From a virus, in IMG/VR virus record IMGVR_UViG_3300020601_000007, positions 46,124-110,123 of that record: a DNA stretch of 64,000 nt, one strand, 5' to 3'. Both the position numbers and the translations under genes were made by a program. Numbering within the stretch: position 1 is the stretch's first letter; every line of letters begins with the position of its first letter. The notes beneath the pieces are model-generated. The model did not search any database and was not told the origin of the DNA. It was given only the letters and a program-made list of their open reading frames with translations. Shown piece by piece: positions 17,628 to 26,474 of this stretch.

Positions 17628-18844
17628 CCATCAAAGGAAACCCGCTTCAGCCGACGGACTTCTGCACTATAAATCTGAACAGTCGGATTGTTGTCAGCAG
17701 GCGTTGTGAGGTTGCCGAAGGAAGTTCCGTTGTTATTCGTGTCAGTCGGACCGGCTGTGGTGTTTGTCGGGTCATAGTTTTGAAACACCATCGTTGGTGG
17801 CGGTGATGCAAGACCCGGAGCAACCGTCACTTTGCAGACGCCAGTGTATGCTGAGCCCCCGTTTGCTGCAAAACGTGTCGGCAAGGTTTGGGAGTCTGCG
17901 ACTGCGGTCACCTCACCAGCGAAGTAGATGTTGTTCCTGTCCTTGAACCAAATGCGCTGTCCCACTTGCAGACCAGCGCCAGCAGTGATGGTTTTCCCTC
18001 CAATATCGACGAAGTAAATGTCCTGTCGTGTATCGCGCGGCCAGACGTATTCGTCGATTCCGAACCCGGTGAGTTCATCAAAAAAAATGTGAAGTGTTTC
18101 TGGCATCGGGGCACTGGGGTCTACCGTAATGATGTTCAACGTGTTCAGAACCGGTAATCCCGCACTTCCAACGTATGGGTGAAGAGCCCCTCGCTTTACC
18201 CTGCTACCACCTGCATCAAGGAACGTCATGTTGAGTGCCCCCGGAACGTTGTTGAATGCCTCCGAGGCCACAGCATGGTGCGCCACAGCGGTTAGGGCGC
18301 GTTTGCTTGAACGGGAGAAGTTATGGGGAACCACAGCGCCACCGCTAAAACCAAGGTTTGTTGGGGTCGCCAAGTCACCTCGTGAACGATACGAGCCACT
18401 TCCCCCGGTTGGGTTTCCAAAAACGTCATTGTTTGGACGGATGCGGTTGCGTAATACAATGCGGATTCGCCCCTGATAGTCCTCGGGGATGTCAGGGTTA
18501 TACAGCAGCGTGTATCCACGCGAAGGACTCCCTCCGTCAATGACCTGAAAATTCGACAGGAGCCTCCCTGTGTTTGGTTGAGCCAACAATTCAGCAGCAC
18601 AGGTGTTTTCATTACGGTAGTCATCCAATTCGATGTAGACCTCGAGGTATGGGTTGTCGGAGACAACTCGCACTTCGTAAAGGTCGCCACGCTCTTTTGC
18701 GTCGACAAGGACAAACTCGTCTCCCGTGCTGAGAGACAGGTTCTCAACGGCTTCACGGACCATCCGGCGGTCTACACGACCTTTTTGCCCGGACTTCGGT
18801 GCGCTGTCAGAAACGCTTCCGATAAAGGTGAATTCGTCAGCCAC
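17624..18844 (-). CDS. Beta-rich virion protein (penton/vertex or spike candidate), 406 aa
   Basis: Strand-rich; follows the capsid candidates. Confidence 0.55.
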   Translation of the reverse strand: MADEFTFIGSVSDSAPKSGQKGRVDRRMVREAVENLSLSTGDEFVLVDAKERGDLYEVRVVSDNPYLEVYIELDDYRNENTCAAELLAQPNTGRLLSNFQVIDGGSPSRGYTLLYNPDIPEDYQGRIRIVLRNRIRPNNDVFGNPTGGSGSYRSRGDLATPTNLGFSGGAVVPHNFSRSSKRALTAVAHHAVASEAFNNVPGALNMTFLDAGGSRVKRGALHPYVGSAGLPVLNTLNIITVDPSAPMPETLHIFFDELTGFGIDEYVWPRDTRQDIYFVDIGGKTITAGAGLQVGQRIWFKDRNNIYFAGEVTAVADSQTLPTRFAANGGSAYTGVCKVTVAPGLASPPPTMVFQNYDPTNTTAGPTDTNNNGTSFGNLTTPADNNPTVQIYSAEVRRLKRVSFDG

Positions 18845-18858
18845 GATTTATCCCCCCA

Positions 18859-19803
18859 TCACTTGGGGAAATATTCCGCAAGCAGACTGCCAGAAGTCGG
18901 GATACCCGCTGGGTTGATGATTTTGAACGAAAGTCGTCCGCCCGTGCGAGCCTTGATTTCTTGGAGTTGAGCCATTGAGAGTTCAACGATTCGGTATTTC
19001 CAACCAATGAGGCGAATGCGACCGTCCACGATGTATTCTTCCGAGTCGTTGACAAGGCGGAAGGTGGGGAGGTTGTTCTCACCATGCTCAATCCAAATGC
19101 TGTATTCCCAGTTCGGGTCGTCGCACGAGGAAATCTGTCCGTCGATAAATCCTGAAAGGCCCAAAAGGGAAGAGGTCGAGGCGGAGCCAGATTCAGTCTC
19201 TGGAGCCTCGTCAAGGACATATTTAGGGACGCCCGATGGGTGACGCAAATACATTTTGGGTGAAATGAGACCGGTGGTTGTGCCACGGAATCCGATGGGA
19301 ATCGACTGGTCAGCGTCTTCGTCAGACGGGGGCAGGCCGGGGTCAGTTGCTGTGCTGGCAACCAACCACTCGCCGTTGGTCAAATCGAGACACTTTGGTT
19401 GAAGTGGGATGGTCGGGCACAACTGATACAGGTGTCCGAAGAAGGGCTCAAGGTCATCGAATTTGATGTGGCCAGAGTCGTAATTCGGGGAAAGCACCGT
19501 GCTGGTGGTGCTGCCCGTTGCGGGAGACCCGTTGGGGAACATGGCTGCCGTCATGGAATTCTGTCCATAGCGGACCAGCGCAGCGTCCGTAATTTGACTC
19601 GAGGACACTGTAACACTGTGGGTGTCGGTGAAGAAGAGGTCGACGGTAAGCGCCTCCACACTCTCGACCATCACGAAGCGGTCCCTGATTTTCAGGAGGA
19701 AGCCCGGTTTGAGGGCCACTCCATCGCCATTGTTTCCGTGTCCTTGCCCAAAGGGGGAACCGAATACGTTCCCTGAGCGGACTCCTTGGTTGTTGTTTGC
19801 CAT
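18859..19803 (-). CDS. Putative jelly-roll capsid protein, 314 aa
   Basis: Beta-rich, ends TFRLVN..DGRIRLIGWKYRIV; own TATA box and AGGTGA RBS. Confidence 0.5.
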   Translation of the reverse strand: MANNNQGVRSGNVFGSPFGQGHGNNGDGVALKPGFLLKIRDRFVMVESVEALTVDLFFTDTHSVTVSSSQITDAALVRYGQNSMTAAMFPNGSPATGSTTSTVLSPNYDSGHIKFDDLEPFFGHLYQLCPTIPLQPKCLDLTNGEWLVASTATDPGLPPSDEDADQSIPIGFRGTTTGLISPKMYLRHPSGVPKYVLDEAPETESGSASTSSLLGLSGFIDGQISSCDDPNWEYSIWIEHGENNLPTFRLVNDSEEYIVDGRIRLIGWKYRIVELSMAQLQEIKARTGGRLSFKIINPAGIPTSGSLLAEYFPK

Positions 19804-19945
19804 ATTGCATCACCTTTTTTCTGTCTTTGCGGTGTTGGCCCTCTCGGACCTGATGGGTGGTATCCCACTCATTGGTATAAGCCTGCCGAAAGACAGACTG
19901 CGCCAATGTGCGGCACCCATCAGGGCCGAGTTGACACTGGGAAGG

Positions 19946-19977
19946 GACTTCACCGGGGCCTTGGCCCCAGTGGAGTC
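19946..19977 (-). terminator. GC-rich hairpin downstream of the 294-aa gene
   Basis: GACTTCACCGGGGCC-TT-GGCCCCAGTGGAGTC, a near-perfect inverted repeat. Confidence 0.45.
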
Positions 19978-20023
19978 GTTGTTCACCCCAGAGGGGTGGA
20001 AAGGTTGCTGTGCGTGTTCACAC

Positions 20024-20908
20024 TCAGGCCACGCGGCAGAGCGACACGACGCTGATGATGGCCGCATTGTTGGCCAATTCGTCGTCGATGTCGTCCCAAG
20101 CGTAGTTGGTCGAAGCACCAGCCGAGCCGTCGTTGAGTTGGCCCAGCGTGATGTTTCCGTTGTTGAGTGTGTCCAAGTCGCCTGCGCCGAAGTTGGCACC
20201 GGTTCCTGCAAAGCCAGCGGTGATGTGTTCACCGACACCCGACAAATCAAGCGTTCCGACACCGCCGCCGGGTGCACCAGCAGCAGCCATCGTTGCGTTG
20301 ATTTGCGAGTTCTCGAATGACATCTCCATGGCTCGCGAGAACACGTTGTTGCCATCAACACCAGCCACAACACCCGTGTTGGGTCCGGCGGCGAAGGTGT
20401 TGGGGGCTCCCTCAGCCAGCGTGTATGGGTTGAGCAGCGTTGCCGCTGGGCTCGCACCATCCATCGTGGTCAGTTCGATTGCGCCGACACTGAGAATGGC
20501 TTCCACGTTGAACTTGCCGCCAGTGAAGCCGACCACAGTGCCGAGGGCAGTGGTTGCTTGCTGGGGGGTCACGCTGCCAACCGCAAGGGGAACCTCACGG
20601 ATGTCACGGACAAGTCCGTGGTTGTCAGCGGTCGTGAAAGTCGTCGAGGTTCCGGCAACGTCGCGACTGTCTTGGAAGATAGTCGCAGCGCTCCAGCCCA
20701 CGTCTTCAATGTCTGCGTCAGCGTCGTCGGTGCAGTAAATCATGTCCGGCTTCAGCATGGCAGGGAGACCCTGCCGTGCGAGTTCAAGCACATTTTTTCC
20801 GCCGTTTTCGGTGACGTTGTTGGCAGTGACTTCAACCAACAAAACGTTCGTGCGAACGATTTGCAGTTGAGCACCGTATGCAACGTCGAGTCCACCAATT
20901 GCTCCCAT
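20024..20908 (-). CDS. Acidic Gly/Ala/Thr-rich virion protein (spike or minor capsid), 294 aa
   Basis: Strong GGAGGA RBS; beta-rich, very few basic residues. Confidence 0.6.
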   Translation of the reverse strand: MGAIGGLDVAYGAQLQIVRTNVLLVEVTANNVTENGGKNVLELARQGLPAMLKPDMIYCTDDADADIEDVGWSAATIFQDSRDVAGTSTTFTTADNHGLVRDIREVPLAVGSVTPQQATTALGTVVGFTGGKFNVEAILSVGAIELTTMDGASPAATLLNPYTLAEGAPNTFAAGPNTGVVAGVDGNNVFSRAMEMSFENSQINATMAAAGAPGGGVGTLDLSGVGEHITAGFAGTGANFGAGDLDTLNNGNITLGQLNDGSAGASTNYAWDDIDDELANNAAIISVVSLCRVA

Positions 20909-20944
20909 ATCATCGTCCTCCTGTTGAGTCCTCCGAAAGGGACC

Positions 20945-21559
20945 TCACGACAATTCGCCGATGGATTGGCGTTGCTGAATCAATTCGTGATGTTGTCCGA
21001 CCACACAGCCGATGACGCGCCACTTCTCGGCGCCAGCGATGGTGCTGTTGCCGTAGGTAGCAGCGCCGCCGACGACACGGTGGGCACAGACGATGGTCTT
21101 CTCAGGCTCGATGACGATGGGCTCTTCATACCAGACGAAGGGCTCTTCGAGAACCTCGAAAATCTGCTGGTCAACCACAGGGGTTTCGATACCAGAGATT
21201 CGCCACTGGTGCTCGGTCACGAGGAGAGGCGTCACGGGGTATTGGATGCCCATGAGGACGTAGTAAAACTCCTCGAGGGTCTTGAAGTCCAACACGCGCT
21301 GGGCCCAGCCGAAGCCGTCCACAGTCACGCTGTTGGGGGCACCGGTGCTGCCCGAGGAGGGCACGAGCCACTGACCGAAGGTTCCGAGAACGGAGAATTG
21401 GTCTGCACGAAGCACACCTTTTCCGTATTCGCCCTTTGGCCAGACGCCTTTGTTTTCAAATCCCCAGTGGGGATAGTTCGCTTTGACCTTTTGGTCGATT
21501 CGCATCAGGTAATCACTGATGACCGACGTTGGTCGGTCGTAGTATGGTCGTAGTTCCAT
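20945..21559 (-). CDS. Putative single-jelly-roll major capsid protein, 204 aa
   Basis: First gene of a transcript with TATA box and GGAAGTGA RBS. Strands YYVLMGI, QWRISG, YEEPIVIEPEKTIV, WRVIGCVVG; size typical of SJR MCPs. Confidence 0.55.
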   Translation of the reverse strand: MELRPYYDRPTSVISDYLMRIDQKVKANYPHWGFENKGVWPKGEYGKGVLRADQFSVLGTFGQWLVPSSGSTGAPNSVTVDGFGWAQRVLDFKTLEEFYYVLMGIQYPVTPLLVTEHQWRISGIETPVVDQQIFEVLEEPFVWYEEPIVIEPEKTIVCAHRVVGGAATYGNSTIAGAEKWRVIGCVVGQHHELIQQRQSIGELS

Positions 21560-21602
21560 GTTTTTTTCACTTCCTTTGTTTTGTTGCCCTGTGGGCTGAC
21601 CT

Positions 21603-21690
21603 TGGGATACCCCTTCGGTATATGAAGGGGTGATTGGTTTTGGGATTCCCTTTTCAGACTGGGAGTGTTTCGGGCAACCTTTATGCCACC
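21603..21690. promoter_or_regulatory. Divergent promoter region: CTTCATATAC box (-) inside a CCCCTTC/GAAGGGG inverted repeat, with TGGGATWCCC direct repeats
   Basis: Seen directly, between the MCP candidate and an RHH gene. Confidence 0.55.
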
Positions 21691-21710
21691 GGAGGGGCTG
21701 CCCCAACACA

Positions 21711-21911
21711 ATGGCTCGAAAGACGAAGGCAGTCACTGTCAAGTTCGATGAAGAGCAAATCTCCGTTCTGACAAAGGCTGCTGAGGAAAACGGTATGACG
21801 TTGGCAGCGTATGTCCGCTCGTCCTGTATCATGCGAGCAAACGGGAAATTGATTCTGACCAACTCCGAAGCCATGCGGCGAGAGGAATATTTCAAGAGTC
21901 GTGGCATGTGA
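21711..21911 (+). CDS. Ribbon-helix-helix (CopG-like) regulator
   Basis: AVTVKFDEEQISVLTKAAEENGMTLAAYVR. Confidence 0.8.
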   Translation: MARKTKAVTVKFDEEQISVLTKAAEENGMTLAAYVRSSCIMRANGKLILTNSEAMRREEYFKSRGM

Positions 21912-21929
21912 TGCTCATCACAGCAAATA

Positions 21930-22397
21930 TCACTGTGCCACCACATTGACAGTGTAGTCTGCCGTGGCCGTGTCTCCGTTTCCATCAGTGACGGTGCACC
22001 TCAGACGATATGTTGCCTGACCGAAATTGGGAGGTGGGTTCACTGGTGCGGGAGGAACCCCCGCTAACTGGGCACCAACAGTCACACGAAACGTGGCCGT
22101 GTTGTATCGAGCGTTGGTTTTTGTTCCTTCGCTGAGAATGGCACAACTGCTACCATTGGCACCATCATCTGCTGTTTCCGTGACTGTCCAAGCAAACGAA
22201 TAGGAGCCATCCCCTCCGCTCGCAGTCGCAGTGGAATCTGCGTCTCCTGCATTTGTATCTACCGTGCCACTTTGGTCAGGTGGCACAGAATTTAGGTCCA
22301 CAGCGATATTGGTGCTGCTTACGTTGAGTGAAAGCCCCAGCGGTGCTGGACCAGAGCCTTGCTGAGCACACCCAATCATAGCCGGTAGCATTGGCAT
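21930..22397 (-). CDS. Ig/PKD-like beta-sandwich protein (fibre/spike accessory)
   Basis: ATASGGDGSYSFAW..YRLRCTVTDGNGDTATA; start uncertain. Confidence 0.6.
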   Translation of the reverse strand: MPMLPAMIGCAQQGSGPAPLGLSLNVSSTNIAVDLNSVPPDQSGTVDTNAGDADSTATASGGDGSYSFAWTVTETADDGANGSSCAILSEGTKTNARYNTATFRVTVGAQLAGVPPAPVNPPPNFGQATYRLRCTVTDGNGDTATADYTVNVVAQ

Positions 22398-23032
22398 CAA
22401 CCTACGATGAACCACTTTGAAGTGGTGACGGCAACGACAGTGACTGCTTTACCGTCGTCGACGGTTGTGGTTCCAACGATGGTGTCGCTGGCGTCCTTGG
22501 TAATGGTAATCTGGCCTCCCGAGTCATTCAAGATGACAAACTGCTCACCCTTGGCGCTGATGTTTGGCAGGGCTACGTTTCCAGCCGTGACATGAAGGTA
22601 AGAACCTCCTTGATTGAACCATGAAGGGGTGTTTCCGCCGCCAGTGTTGAGTTCAACAACCGATGCCTTTGCCAATCTGGTCTCACCATAAACGAGAGCG
22701 TCGTTGGCGACCTCGAATTTGGAATTGACATGAACAGGCAAGACACTGCCTTTGGCTTCGAGTCTCAACGAGATGTTACCGTCAGAACCATTTGCTGAAA
22801 TTGCCACAGGGCTTCCCGACGCCGCGTTTGTGATTTCAACGAAGTTTGCTGCGCTTGACACTTGTTGGAAAATCAAGTGTTCGTTGCCGTTGCTATCCCG
22901 CAAACCCGTGGCGTCATCAAAGTCGATGAAGTGTGCGTTGGTATCCAAGTTACCGCCCAATTGTGGGCTTGTATCATCGACAACGTCTCCGCCACCGGAG
23001 GGAGGATTGTATCGGGGCATAGTGACAACCAA
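22397..23032 (-). CDS. Fibre/receptor-binding-like protein
   Basis: DTSPQLGGNLDTN motif common in viral fibres; C-terminal gp53-like beta domain ending SKWFIVG. Confidence 0.6.
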   Translation of the reverse strand: MVVTMPRYNPPSGGGDVVDDTSPQLGGNLDTNAHFIDFDDATGLRDSNGNEHLIFQQVSSAANFVEITNAASGSPVAISANGSDGNISLRLEAKGSVLPVHVNSKFEVANDALVYGETRLAKASVVELNTGGGNTPSWFNQGGSYLHVTAGNVALPNISAKGEQFVILNDSGGQITITKDASDTIVGTTTVDDGKAVTVVAVTTSKWFIVG

Positions 23033-23144
23033 ACCGTTTCAGGACATAAATCCACCGAAGACATTGGGCGCCCCGCCCGAGACAAGGCTCAAGCAGGACA
23101 CCCGTTGTCCCCCGTGCAGAACACGGGTGGAAAGGTCGGTGAAC

Positions 23145-23357
23145 TCAGCGTTTGTAGAAGCCAATCCCAAGGGTGCTGGCAGCGCCGAGTCCGAGAGCGA
23201 TGTGCCCGACGTCAAGGCCAGCAACGACCTCGGTGTTGAGCGTATTCGTCACGGAACGGCCCAAGCCAGTGAAGCCCATGGTCCCGATGAGGCCAAGTCC
23301 CAAGAGGAGGTGACCGTAGTCAAGACCAAAGGCTGCTTCCCTGTTCAGGCTGCGCAT
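23145..23357 (-). CDS. Small two-TM Gly/Leu-rich protein
   Basis: Internal duplication GLDYGHLLLGLG / GLDVGHIALGLG. Confidence 0.55.
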   Translation of the reverse strand: MRSLNREAAFGLDYGHLLLGLGLIGTMGFTGLGRSVTNTLNTEVVAGLDVGHIALGLGAASTLGIGFYKR

Positions 23358-23382
23358 CAGTTGGGAATACAAGGTGACCGCC

Positions 23383-24414
23383 TCAGAAGAGGTTGATTTC
23401 CTTGCCACCAAGGCCAAACATGTCGCCAGCACCCATGACAGGCATGGAAGCACCAGCGTGCATGCCTTCGTGGTAGCCACCGAACATTGGTTCGTCCATC
23501 ACTGAGGGGGCGTTGCCGAGGAGTCCGAAGAGACCAGCGGTGCCGTTTGCCAAGGGGTTGCCCGAGACGTGGATGGTTGGCAGGAAGGACAAGCCAGCCT
23601 GATTCAGGATGCTCAGAGCAGCAGGCACCATGGCAGCCACGGTGAAGAGGCTGGCAGTGGAGTTGCTGACGCCACCGAAGGTGGAGAGGGCGTAGCCACC
23701 GAGACCGGCCAACACGAGACTCGAAACACCAGCACGGTAGCCGGAGGTCAAGTCAAGGGAGATGCCGAGACGGGAGATGGTGCGCTGAGCCAGACCGGGG
23801 AGAGCAGCGGAGACTGCGAGACCACCAGCAAGGGCGGCCATAGCCTCGAACTTCATCAGGTTGGTGCGCGTCCACTTCATGGCACCTTTGAGGGAGCCAC
23901 TGCGGGTGGTGCGTCGGCGGCGAGTCGTGCGTCGGCGAGAGGTGCGTCGGCGGGCAGGGGACTTGCGGCGTCGAGTCGTCTTGCGGCGCGTGGTGCGGCG
24001 CTTGGGGGACTTGCGGCGTCGGGTCGTCTTGCGGCGCGTGGTGCGGCGCTTTGGGGACTTGCGGCGTCGGGTCGTCTTGCGGCGCGTGGTGCGGCGCTTT
24101 GGGGCCTTGCGACGGCGCGTGGTCGTCTTGCGACGAGCCGTCTTGCGACGGGTCGTCTTGCGACGAGCAGGTGCCTTGCGACGACGGGTGGTCGTCTTCC
24201 GCTTCGTCGTCTTGCGACGGGCGGGCGCCTTGCGGCGGCGGGTGGTCGTTTTGCGCGCCGTCTTGCGGCGGGCAGGCGCCTTGCGGCGCGCAGTCGTCTT
24301 GCGTCGGGAAACTTTCCTTCGTGCCATATTTTTCACTTTCCTTTTGTTGGTGCGGCGGCGCTTCGTAGTCTTCCGGGTTGGGTTCACAATTACCAACTCC
24401 TGAAGTGCCACCAT
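23383..24414 (-). CDS. Arg/Lys/Thr-rich protamine/histone-H1-like protein with membrane domain (putative core protein)
   Basis: ~160 aa of RRK(A/S)P(A/K)RRTTRRKTT repeats, then three hydrophobic helices and a Gly/Met tail. Start could be 24420, 24414 or 24411. Confidence 0.8.
   Translation of the reverse strand: MVALQELVIVNPTRKTTKRRRTNKRKVKNMARRKVSRRKTTARRKAPARRKTARKTTTRRRKAPARRKTTKRKTTTRRRKAPARRKTTRRKTARRKTTTRRRKAPKRRTTRRKTTRRRKSPKRRTTRRKTTRRRKSPKRRTTRRKTTRRRKSPARRRTSRRRTTRRRRTTRSGSLKGAMKWTRTNLMKFEAMAALAGGLAVSAALPGLAQRTISRLGISLDLTSGYRAGVSSLVLAGLGGYALSTFGGVSNSTASLFTVAAMVPAALSILNQAGLSFLPTIHVSGNPLANGTAGLFGLLGNAPSVMDEPMFGGYHEGMHAGASMPVMGAGDMFGLGGKEINLF
23950..24310. repeat. Coding tandem repeats, core unit 48 bp (16 aa), with degenerate copies
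   Basis: GGGGACTTGCGGCGTCG.GTCGTCTTGCGGCGCGTGGTGCGGCGCTT occurs about three times, plus variants. Confidence 0.85.
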
Positions 24415-24564
24415 GACCACCTGTGAAACGAGAGGAACGACATTGAGTATATGAAGAAAATGTGATGGAATGTGTTTCTATGTGATACGCATGCCTGAAA
24501 AGTAGGTCAAACGTATGCGTTTTGACGGAAGCAACCTTCATACCCACTGCCCCACTCCACCCAG

Positions 24565-24825
24565 ATGATGAGCAATAGGCACGCTGTCCGGGTGCGAAAA
24601 ATACCGGTCAGCGTGACACTATCACCTGAAGACTACGAATTCATTGAAATGCTCATCTCAACAAGACGATACACCACTCGTGTTCAAGTCATTGAACGGG
24701 CACTACAACTTCTCAGACAGGACTTTGAACGCTATCAAGCATTTCTGGCCCAGCAAGGAAATCAACAATCCCTTCCGCAAGGGCAGCAGCCATCATCTCA
24801 TAATTCAAGCCGTCACCGTCGTTGA
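24565..24825 (+). CDS. Ribbon-helix-helix regulator
   Basis: VSVTLSPEDYEFIEMLISTRRYTTRVQVIERALQLL. Confidence 0.8.
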   Translation: MMSNRHAVRVRKIPVSVTLSPEDYEFIEMLISTRRYTTRVQVIERALQLLRQDFERYQAFLAQQGNQQSLPQGQQPSSHNSSRHRR

Positions 24826-25297
24826 CCTCGATAAGGACTGATGGTGTGTCAAACAGCACGGACGCTGCGTTGGTGAGGTAATTCTCAAACCCTGCTCCCT
24901 GAACGAGTGTCTTCACCCCGCTTTCCTCGAACTGATTCAAAAGTGCCTTCAACAAGGACTCATCTGTGACTTCAGGGATGCTGAACAAAACGAACTGGTG
25001 TTGTGACCAGATTCCGAGGTCGTAGCCGAACTCGGTCTCTTCATCCAACTCGGGGAATGAGTGCAAATCAATATGAACGGACGTTTGCTTTAACATCTGG
25101 AAAAATTCTTCGGCGAACTCACTTGATGCAGCAGCAGTTCGATTCAAATCAAGGATGCTACGAGCGTTGTCTCCAATGATAACATGGAAATCCTCGCCCA
25201 TGGATTCCAGTTTCTCCTCAAGGAGAGGGAGAAACAGAACGGCTCCGTCATCCCGGCCTTCACCGGAACCTGCGTGGGGGACGGTGATGAGAATCAT
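24713..25297 (-). CDS. N-formylglutamate amidohydrolase-like Zn-dependent hydrolase
   Basis: ITVPHAG..D, DLNR, IDLHSF, SVLIEVN. Confidence 0.7.
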   Translation of the reverse strand: MILITVPHAGSGEGRDDGAVLFLPLLEEKLESMGEDFHVIIGDNARSILDLNRTAAASSEFAEEFFQMLKQTSVHIDLHSFPELDEETEFGYDLGIWSQHQFVLFSIPEVTDESLLKALLNQFEESGVKTLVQGAGFENYLTNAASVLFDTPSVLIEVNDGDGLNYEMMAAALAEGIVDFLAGPEMLDSVQSPV

Positions 25298-26010
25298 CGT
25301 TTCAGATGCAAACGCTTCGGGGCTTTAGGCCTACCGCTCTTTTTGGCGGGCTTTGACCCGATGGGACGGGCTTTCTGCCATGTCCCGTTTCCAGCAGTGT
25401 AGTAATACCAATATTGGTATTCAGGTGACATGAAGAATGGAACGTGCTCAACGTAGTGCTCAAGGTTCCTTCCCTTGAGGTAGTCGGGACGGTCGTCAAT
25501 CCGGAAAACGACCTTATTTTCTGACTGACTCCACACCGTCTCGGACATCAACTGAAGCCGCTGTGTCATGCCGATACCAACGATGCCCTTTCCAGCACCC
25601 ACCAAATACAGGTGTTCGATGGCGTCGTTGCTTCCCTTACGAACGAACGTTTGAATTTCATCAATGGCGATGACGCGACGTATTCGCTTGAACCCCGGCT
25701 TGTTAGCGAGTGTGAAAATCAAATCCATCAACTTGTTCAATGCTGCGACTCGCTCGTCTTTCGCTGCTGGAGGGTGGAAAACGATGTTCTTTGTTTTGGA
25801 GAGCAGAGCAGCGTATGCTTCCATCGGTGTTTTGCAGATTCGACCGAGGTCCTTGATTTCTGATTTGGGGTCAACGAAAATCGTATGGATGCCTTCGCGC
25901 TGAAGTTGACGGAAAACCTCGGAGACGAAATACGTCTTTCCGCTTCGTGTCATTCCAAGAACGGCAGTGTGCCGCTTCTTCATGTTGTCAATGAGGCTAC
26001 GAGAAACCAT
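25294..26010 (-). CDS. A32/P9-like (HerA-FtsK superfamily) genome-packaging ATPase
   Basis: Walker A GMTRSGKT, FVDPK, Walker B IAIDEIQ, GAGKGI..MTQR; 238 aa, stand-alone. Confidence 0.8.
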   Translation of the reverse strand: MVSRSLIDNMKKRHTAVLGMTRSGKTYFVSEVFRQLQREGIHTIFVDPKSEIKDLGRICKTPMEAYAALLSKTKNIVFHPPAAKDERVAALNKLMDLIFTLANKPGFKRIRRVIAIDEIQTFVRKGSNDAIEHLYLVGAGKGIVGIGMTQRLQLMSETVWSQSENKVVFRIDDRPDYLKGRNLEHYVEHVPFFMSPEYQYWYYYTAGNGTWQKARPIGSKPAKKSGRPKAPKRLHLKR

Positions 26011-26470
26011 ACATCCACCCGATGAGCCCTACACCAGCAAGGGCAATCATACCGGAATGTGGAGCGGCCATAAAGGTGTAGTCTGGAAAATTCTGCTTGA
26101 AACGTTGGCGGAGGTTGTGCTTGTCGCCGACACGCATCCAGTTGACCGGGTTCATCACGTCGGGGCTCAGGTTGTTCGTGTGCTGCAACCCAAGTGCGTG
26201 ACCGTATTCGTGCGCAAGCAAGTCAAGGTTCCCTTTGGACTTCTCGTGAACAACGATGGTCTTTCCGATGGTCACTCCTTGAGGGAAATATCCCTTCCCG
26301 GTGTGATTGTAAAGCGTCTTTGCGGCTGGGGTCATATACCACTCCACGGGACCAGATGCAGCAACAACGTTCACCAAGTCTGCCCAGTCTTTGCTCGAAA
26401 GGATGGCAATCTGCGTCCCGTCAACACCGGTAGCGATGATGTTGAATGACGGATACGCTTCTGGGTTCAT
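25997..26470 (-). CDS. Metzincin (matrixin/M10-like) zinc metallopeptidase with C-terminal TM
   Basis: HEYGHALGLQH plus Met-turn DVMNP. Confidence 0.85.
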   Translation of the reverse strand: MNPEAYPSFNIIATGVDGTQIAILSSKDWADLVNVVAASGPVEWYMTPAAKTLYNHTGKGYFPQGVTIGKTIVVHEKSKGNLDLLAHEYGHALGLQHTNNLSPDVMNPVNWMRVGDKHNLRQRFKQNFPDYTFMAAPHSGMIALAGVGLIGWMYGFS

Positions 26471-26474
26471 GCAT

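Noticed and set aside
20945-21985. 346-aa version of the capsid candidate, and the 553-aa version of the thermosome
   Set aside because: The N-terminal extensions run through promoter regions and other genes; internal ATGs (21559, 13235) have proper signals.
23039-23224. 61-aa ORF between the small membrane gene and the fibre gene
   Set aside because: Overlaps 23145..23357, has no clear RBS or motif, and is probably intergenic.
23950-24310. Possible CRISPR array or non-coding repeat
   Set aside because: The units are contiguous multiples of 3 with no unique spacers and encode the Arg-rich protein.
23569-24547. Alternative long ORFs over the Arg-rich gene (23569..24426 +, 23861..24403 +, 23753..24547 -)
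   Set aside because: Stop-free shadows of a GC-rich repeat. Only 23383..24414 has a promoter, an RBS and a sensible C-terminal domain.
25294-26010. ATPase as conjugative VirB4 or terminase
   Set aside because: Too short, no nuclease domain, and no T4SS or portal neighbours.
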